A DNA stretch of 64,000 nucleotides, taken from Candidatus Poribacteria bacterium. GTDB lineage: Bacteria > Poribacteria > WGA-4E > WGA-3G. Every line of letters starts with the position of its first letter. Within the stretch, counting starts at the first letter, position 1. Under the pieces are notes generated by a model, which ran no database searches, was not told the DNA's origin, and worked only from the letters and a program-made list of their open reading frames with translations. The stretch lies in NCBI GenBank assembly GCA_963663765.2, contig CAXXUA010000013.1, forward strand, positions 288,001 to 352,000, given 5' to 3'. A program made the position numbers and the translations under genes. Below, in pieces: positions 58,516 to 64,000 of the stretch.

Positions 58516-59907
58516 TTACTTGCCTATACAAAACTGTGAGAATATACGATCAAGTATGTCTTCAGTGGTTGTTTTGCCTACAATGTCGCCAAGGGCATCA
58601 AGACTTATGCGTAGGTCAACAGAAACAAGGTCTGGCGGCATCTCGTTTTCTAAACTTGATATTACGTCCTCAAGTGCTTCGTGAGTACGACGCAGGGCAT
58701 CTTGATGGCGACTGTTGGTTATAATCGGGGATTCCCCCATGATAAAATCACCACCGAGTAGTTCCTCACGGATAGCAGTTTTCAGTGAATCAATACCGAT
58801 GTCTTCGGTGATTGCTGTCTGAACAACACGTGCTTTAGAACAGTGATTAGACAATATCCCCGGTTGGACAATTGTGGGAAGATCAATCTTATTCAATATA
58901 AGGATAGCACGGTGAGAATTAGCAATCTGCAATAGATCAATATCAGATTCATTTAGGGGGTGTGATGCATCAAACATAAGGAGTAGAAGTTCTGCTGTAT
59001 TGAGAACATCTTTGCTTCTCTGAACACCCTCTTGTTCAACGATATCATCTGTGTTTCGGATGCCGGCAGTATCAACGAGGTTGATGGGAATTCCACGGAT
59101 GTTTATTGTCTCCTCAATTGTGTCGCGCGTGGTACCTGGGATTTCAGTTACAATTGCACGTGCTGTGGTAACCAGTGCATTGAACAAGCTTGACTTTCCG
59201 ACATTGGGTTTACCCAAAATGCCGACGTTGACCCCTTCCTTGATAATTCGTCCTTCCGTAGCAGTTTCTAACAGAAATGTTAATTCTGTCTGGACAGAAC
59301 GGGCAGTTTGAAGTTGTGCTTCAACCTTCATAAAGTCAAGGTCTTCGTCTGGAAAATCAATGGATGCCTCAATTTCCGCAAGCAGATCTGCGAGTCTATC
59401 ACTAAGCGTATTAACGGTTTCTGAGAGTTTTCCCGAAAGTGCATCAATTGCAATTTTACTGCTGAGTTCTGTTTTGGCACTGATGAGATCAGCAACTGCC
59501 TCAGCTTGCGCAAGGTCAAGTCTACCGTTGAGAAAGGCACGTTTGGTGAACTCACCGGGTTCACCAAGTCTTGCTCCTGCCTTTACTACTAAGTCGAGGA
59601 CGTTAATTAGTGGGACGATACCACCGTGGCAATTGAATTCAACAATATCTTCAGTGGTATATGTATGCGGGGCACGCATTATACCGAGAAGCACTTCATC
59701 TACGACTTCATCGGATGCGGAGGTATCTTCTATAACATACCCATGTGTAAGTGTGTGGGTAGCGAGTTTGTCAATTTCAACTGGACGTGAGGGACGAAAC
59801 AACTGACATGCGATTGGAATAGCGAGTGAACCACTGACCCGCACTATCCCTATGCCGCCTTCACCTTTCGGTGTTGCTATGGCTGCGATGGTATCCTCAT
59901 ATTTCAT
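58516..59907 (-). CDS. mnmE: tRNA modification GTPase MnmE
   Basis: DTIAAIATP.GEGGIGIVRVSG, GEFTKRAFLNG, GKPNVGKSS, GTTRD, DTAG, NKID, FCIGK. Confidence 0.98.
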   Translation of the reverse strand: MKYEDTIAAIATPKGEGGIGIVRVSGSLAIPIACQLFRPSRPVEIDKLATHTLTHGYVIEDTSASDEVVDEVLLGIMRAPHTYTTEDIVEFNCHGGIVPLINVLDLVVKAGARLGEPGEFTKRAFLNGRLDLAQAEAVADLISAKTELSSKIAIDALSGKLSETVNTLSDRLADLLAEIEASIDFPDEDLDFMKVEAQLQTARSVQTELTFLLETATEGRIIKEGVNVGILGKPNVGKSSLFNALVTTARAIVTEIPGTTRDTIEETINIRGIPINLVDTAGIRNTDDIVEQEGVQRSKDVLNTAELLLLMFDASHPLNESDIDLLQIANSHRAILILNKIDLPTIVQPGILSNHCSKARVVQTAITEDIGIDSLKTAIREELLGGDFIMGESPIITNSRHQDALRRTHEALEDVISSLENEMPPDLVSVDLRISLDALGDIVGKTTTEDILDRIFSQFCIGK

Positions 59908-60004
59908 GTCACAATTCCTGTTCCACGAATGTACAGGACGAGGTAAATGGGGTTATCTCTTGGTAATATTGTTTACACCTGAATATGTTGAACCAATCTC
60001 TGAG

Positions 60005-60631
60005 TCAATAATTATCTTGTCTTGTAATTACTATGCGACGCATATCACCTTCTCCTTGACTGAAGGTAGTAACGGAATCGTCTGATTGTAAGGTAATATG
60101 AATTATTCTACGGTCTTTAGCAGACATAGGTGAAAGAACAACATCCTGTCTGGTGCGTCTGACCTTTGCTGCAACCTGATGAGCGAGGTCAACGAGCATA
60201 TTCTCACGACGTTCACGGTAGCCTTCAGTATCAACAAAAACTTTTCTTTTAGCGAGTGCGTTTTTATTTATGATACAGTTGAGTATCCGTTCAATTGCAT
60301 CAAGCGTTTGCCCGTGCTTGCCGATTAGCAGGGCAGGTGAGTCGCTAACCATATTGAGGTGTAAACTACCATCACTAAAGTCGGATTCAATCTCACCATC
60401 TATTCCGATTCGCTTGAGTATTTCATTCAAAACGGTTTCAGGAGCGTTGGAAATATCTTCCTTTAGCGTGGCACGGACTTTTGCGGGTTTCGCGCCAAAA
60501 CTCAATATACCTTTTGTCGGTTCGTTAATAATGATTATGTTGACTTGTTCTCGGGTTGTATCAAGTTCGGAGAGAGCAATTTCAATTGCTTCTTCAACAG
60601 TTTCTGCTTCAGATTCAATATAATTTTGCAA
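60005..60631 (-). CDS. jag: Jag/EloR/KhpB RNA-binding protein
   Basis: Jag_N TVEEAIE, KH LIGKHGQTL, R3H RRIIH..SQGEG. Confidence 0.93.
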   Translation of the reverse strand: MQNYIESEAETVEEAIEIALSELDTTREQVNIIIINEPTKGILSFGAKPAKVRATLKEDISNAPETVLNEILKRIGIDGEIESDFSDGSLHLNMVSDSPALLIGKHGQTLDAIERILNCIINKNALAKRKVFVDTEGYRERRENMLVDLAHQVAAKVRRTRQDVVLSPMSAKDRRIIHITLQSDDSVTTFSQGEGDMRRIVITRQDNY

Positions 60632-60718
60632 GAGGCACCACTCCTTTTGTCCGTTGAAAGATAATGTCTGTAAGTCAAAAAAATGTTAGTTGGACAATAT
60701 TTTTGTAATTTATTTTAA

Positions 60719-62572
60719 TTATCGTTTTTGTTTGTTTTCCTCTATTGTAACGGTATCATCATCATGGAAATACTTTGTTTGTATTAATTGTTGAGCCACA
60801 GTAAAGACATTATTACATAACCAGTATAACACAAAACCAGATGCCCAGTTATAGAACATGAAAACAAAAATAAGTGGCAAAAACTGCATGATTTTCATCT
60901 GTGTGCTTGAAGTTGCTGGTGCAGCGGACATTCCTCCTACAAATTTTTGTTGTAACCATGACGTCAATCCATTTAGTAACGGTAAGAACCGTATAGCATC
61001 TATGTCTAAAAAGAATAAAGGTATGGTAAATGGGAGTTCAAACAGTACATCTGGTGCCGATAAGTCGTTTATCCAAAAGAGGAATGGTGCCCCACGGAAT
61101 TCAACCGCAGTTCCAAGCAGTGCAAAGAGTGCCCAGAAAATGGGTATCTGAGGTAGCCACGGAATACACCCACTCAATGGGTTTACACCATTTTCTTTAT
61201 ATATCCGCATTGTCGCTTTATTCAGTTTTTGCGGGTCATCCCGGAATTTTTCTTTCAGTTCAAGCAATTGCGGTTGAAGTTGCTGCATCTTTTTCATAGA
61301 TACATGTGCTTTACGTGTGAGTGGAAAAGAGACTACCTTTACTAACGCGGTCAAAATGATGATTGAGATACCATAGTTTCCAAATACAGTGTGTAGCATA
61401 TTAACTAACCACAACATTGCCCATGCCAAAGGACCGAAAAAACCGAAATCAATGACTTTGGTTAGGTTGATAGGTTTTTCAAGATCATTTGGAGGGGTAA
61501 TTTCCTTCAACAGTGTATCGTCCTTAGGCCCCAAGTAGATACGAAACGAATGCGTTTGCTTTTTCTGTGATGGAAGTTGAAAATTTGGTATTGTCAGGAC
61601 AGCGGTTTCGGTAGGTGCTATAATGAATATATCTGGAGGTGTTTTTGGTTCTGGATTTTCCAATCTATATGTTGCTTGAAGTACTGGGTCCGGAATTATA
61701 AATGCACCGAAGTATTGGTTACTTAACCCTGCCCAGAGTATTGTTTCGTTTGCAAATTCACCTTTCAACTCTTTTTTTGGTTTTCCTGTACCGATATATG
61801 TTTTAGCTCCTACTTTTTTCGGGTCGAAACGTCCGCGCTTTCCAGAATCTTTTTCGTGTATAAGCAGGTCAGCATTTATCCCTTGTCCCCACAGCAGTTC
61901 GTAACCATCGGGGGTATCATTTCCTCCGATACTTATCGGTTCTGAATCATCAGTAAGGTTTTCAAAAGTCATACTCAAATCAACTGTGTAACTCTTGTTG
62001 TTATAGAAAGTCAACTTTTTCTGGACTTTCAATTTCTCACCAATTGTTGTCGTGAAAGTCATTGTGTCCTGCGGTTTAGCATCAGAAAGTTCAATGCCTT
62101 TTTTATCAGCTTCCCAGGTAGCAAGGCGATAATCTAAATCGTTTTGTAAATTCTCATTTCCCAGTCTTAGTGCAAGACATCTAAATGCTGTTTCGGGAAT
62201 CAGGTTAAACGGTATGTCATTAGCAGTGTTAGATCTGTCTGGAAATCGAAAATTACCATTTTCTCGTTTTTCCACCAATTCCCATTTCTTTGCAATCGCC
62301 AGTTTCTCATTAAAAGTAATGTCGTAAGTATCCGTTTTGACATGCACCATTTTGTCATCTGGACTGTCTTGCAGTATTATGGAAGGTTCAGTATTATTTG
62401 GTTCTTCTCCCTGATCTTCGGTGTCTATTTCATCGGGTGTTCCATCTTGTGGTGTTTGTTGAGATGTTGGAGGTTCATCCTGTTCTGGCATGAAACGATC
62501 ACCGACTAACAGAGTCCAAGTGATCATTACAGCAATCATCAGGACGAGTGCGAGAATATAACGTGCTCCCAT
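60719..62572 (-). CDS. yidC: Membrane protein insertase YidC
   Basis: NYGISIIILT, MQQLQP, NPLSGC.P, WINDLSAPD, LYWLCNN. Confidence 0.96.
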   Translation of the reverse strand: MGARYILALVLMIAVMITWTLLVGDRFMPEQDEPPTSQQTPQDGTPDEIDTEDQGEEPNNTEPSIILQDSPDDKMVHVKTDTYDITFNEKLAIAKKWELVEKRENGNFRFPDRSNTANDIPFNLIPETAFRCLALRLGNENLQNDLDYRLATWEADKKGIELSDAKPQDTMTFTTTIGEKLKVQKKLTFYNNKSYTVDLSMTFENLTDDSEPISIGGNDTPDGYELLWGQGINADLLIHEKDSGKRGRFDPKKVGAKTYIGTGKPKKELKGEFANETILWAGLSNQYFGAFIIPDPVLQATYRLENPEPKTPPDIFIIAPTETAVLTIPNFQLPSQKKQTHSFRIYLGPKDDTLLKEITPPNDLEKPINLTKVIDFGFFGPLAWAMLWLVNMLHTVFGNYGISIIILTALVKVVSFPLTRKAHVSMKKMQQLQPQLLELKEKFRDDPQKLNKATMRIYKENGVNPLSGCIPWLPQIPIFWALFALLGTAVEFRGAPFLFWINDLSAPDVLFELPFTIPLFFLDIDAIRFLPLLNGLTSWLQQKFVGGMSAAPATSSTQMKIMQFLPLIFVFMFYNWASGFVLYWLCNNVFTVAQQLIQTKYFHDDDTVTIEENKQKR

Positions 62573-62667
62573 TTAAATTTAGGTACTCCTCTTTTCTTTA
62601 CTATTATAAGCGCGAATTCCAAGTGTTTTCTTTACAGTGTATGTTGTAGATAAGTTTCATTGTTCTG

Positions 62668-62877
62668 CTATTGAAGCGGGTCAAACCCTCCTGGATGATA
62701 AGGGTGGCATTTTATCAGTCGTTTAATAGTTAACCAGATGCCTTTGAGGATACCATACTTTTCAAAAGCTTGTTGTGCATATTGTGAACAAGTCGGATAG
62801 AAGCGACACGTTGGTGGAAAAAGTGGAGAGATAAAGCGGCGATACCCGCGGATAACGTACAGAATGATGCGGTTCAT
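62668..62877 (-). CDS. yidD: Membrane protein insertion efficiency factor
   Basis: [29 protein letters not shown]. Confidence 0.96.
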   Translation of the reverse strand: MNRIILYVIRGYRRFISPLFPPTCRFYPTCSQYAQQAFEKYGILKGIWLTIKRLIKCHPYHPGGFDPLQ

Positions 62878-62994
62878 TATTATTATTCAATATCGCGCAC
62901 TTGAGGAAGTTTATATAAACCCTAATACACCATTAAGGTACAATCGTCTGTGAGAACTTAGTCCTCATCACAGAGTTTCAATCCGAATATTCTA

Positions 62995-63357
62995 TTATTC
63001 GTCCGTTTCACTGCTTGTGAAACTTGATGCTCTACGGAACAATCTTTGCAGGCTTGCGTGTGCTTGCTGTCCTGAAAGACCGTAGGCAGCGGGTCTACCT
63101 ACCACTACAATATCGTAGCGGGGTTGGAGTTTTGACTTTAACGAGCGAAACGCTTCACGAATAAGCCGTTTGACACGATTCCTCTGAACACTATTACCTA
63201 CTTTTTTACTCACTGTAATACCTAACCGAGTTTGGTGCAGCTGCGTTTGACAGACATAGATTACGAAGTAGGTATCCCAGTACTTCTTCCCCTTCTTATA
63301 CGTTCTTTGAAATTCCCATGACTTTTTCAGTCTTTCCGGATGTTGTTGATAGGACAT
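62995..63357 (-). CDS. rnpA: Ribonuclease P protein component
   Basis: RLKKSWEF, RLGITVSKKVGNSVQRNRVKRLIRE. Confidence 0.96.
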   Translation of the reverse strand: MSYQQHPERLKKSWEFQRTYKKGKKYWDTYFVIYVCQTQLHQTRLGITVSKKVGNSVQRNRVKRLIREAFRSLKSKLQPRYDIVVVGRPAAYGLSGQQAHASLQRLFRRASSFTSSETDE

Positions 63358-63472
63358 AACGTCAAGACACATTCATTTCATTGTCACCTTCTTCGTTGCG
63401 AACACAACGTAAGAATACGTCATCTCTTTCCGTCATCAATTGTGTATGAGATATAGAAGTTACTCTACCATT

Positions 63473-63985
63473 TCAGTTTATATATAGGTACTTTTTCCAA
63501 GATGGATGGTACCCTCTGAAATGACGGTTGAGTTGCAAATACGTCAGAATTGAAGGCGTTTTCGGTAAACGTTTCAACTTGAATTGTGTTTCATCCAGCA
63601 TCCGACTGCCTTTTTTGTTGTTGCATCTTTTGCATGCTGTTACAACATTATCCCATGTGGTTTTCCCACCCTTTGAGATGGGGACGACATGGTCAAGTGT
63701 GAGAAGAGATGCAGACAAGTTTTGATGGCAATACTGACACGTATGCTGGTCGCGCGCAAGAACGTTCTTACGGGAAAACTTGACAACACTACGCGGAACA
63801 TGGACGTAATTTACCAAACGGATAACATGCGGTACTTTGAACGCAGTTGATGGTGACTGTATCTCCGTATCAGACATTTCTTCTGTCTGAGCCGTACCTT
63901 TGAATACCATCTTCAAGGCACGTCTTAGGTTGCAAACATTGATTGCTTCGTAACTTGCGTTTAGTACCAAAACGGTGACTTCCAC
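63473..63985 (-). CDS. HNH endonuclease
   Basis: VLVLNASYE, RDQHTCQYC, TLDHVVP, WDNVVTACKRCNNKKG. Confidence 0.92.
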   Translation of the reverse strand: MEVTVLVLNASYEAINVCNLRRALKMVFKGTAQTEEMSDTEIQSPSTAFKVPHVIRLVNYVHVPRSVVKFSRKNVLARDQHTCQYCHQNLSASLLTLDHVVPISKGGKTTWDNVVTACKRCNNKKGSRMLDETQFKLKRLPKTPSILTYLQLNRHFRGYHPSWKKYLYIN

Positions 63986-64000
63986 TCGCCTGTCCTCCTA

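Overview
This is a low-GC (~39%) bacterial chromosomal window. It is most likely from Candidatus Poribacteria or a relative, inferred from the LamG/TolB-like exported proteins ending in a GK(L/I)xTxWxxL motif, tandem PhyH dioxygenases, a DUF1549/1553-DUF1501 pair and a TIR-TPR remnant. Housekeeping genes include the 5' part of rpoB, tsaC/tsaD, murQ plus an amino-sugar kinase, an RsuA/RluB-family synthase and the rnpA-yidD-yidC-jag-mnmE block. Accessory content includes an AlbA_2/HATPase-ParA pair, DUF262, toxin-antitoxin modules, a BCCT transporter with a porin, a TusA/DsrE/TusA-OsmC cluster near a core MetE-like enzyme, IS5, IS1634 and two ISKra4-like elements, and many nested MITEs and REP-like palindromes with clean target-site duplications (TSDs). 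Best leads: (1) a missed exported selenoprotein, a thioredoxin W-U-G-W-C plus TPR domain read through an in-frame UGA followed by a bacterial SECIS-like hairpin; (2) a shared C-terminal motif on unrelated exported proteins that looks like a sorting or anchoring signal; (3) a possible sulfur-relay/methionine-synthase-like system split by inserted cargo; (4) Russian-doll MITE/REP architecture; (5) an RpoB rifamycin pocket substituted at D516, S522 and L533. All family assignments come from motif recognition, not database searches.
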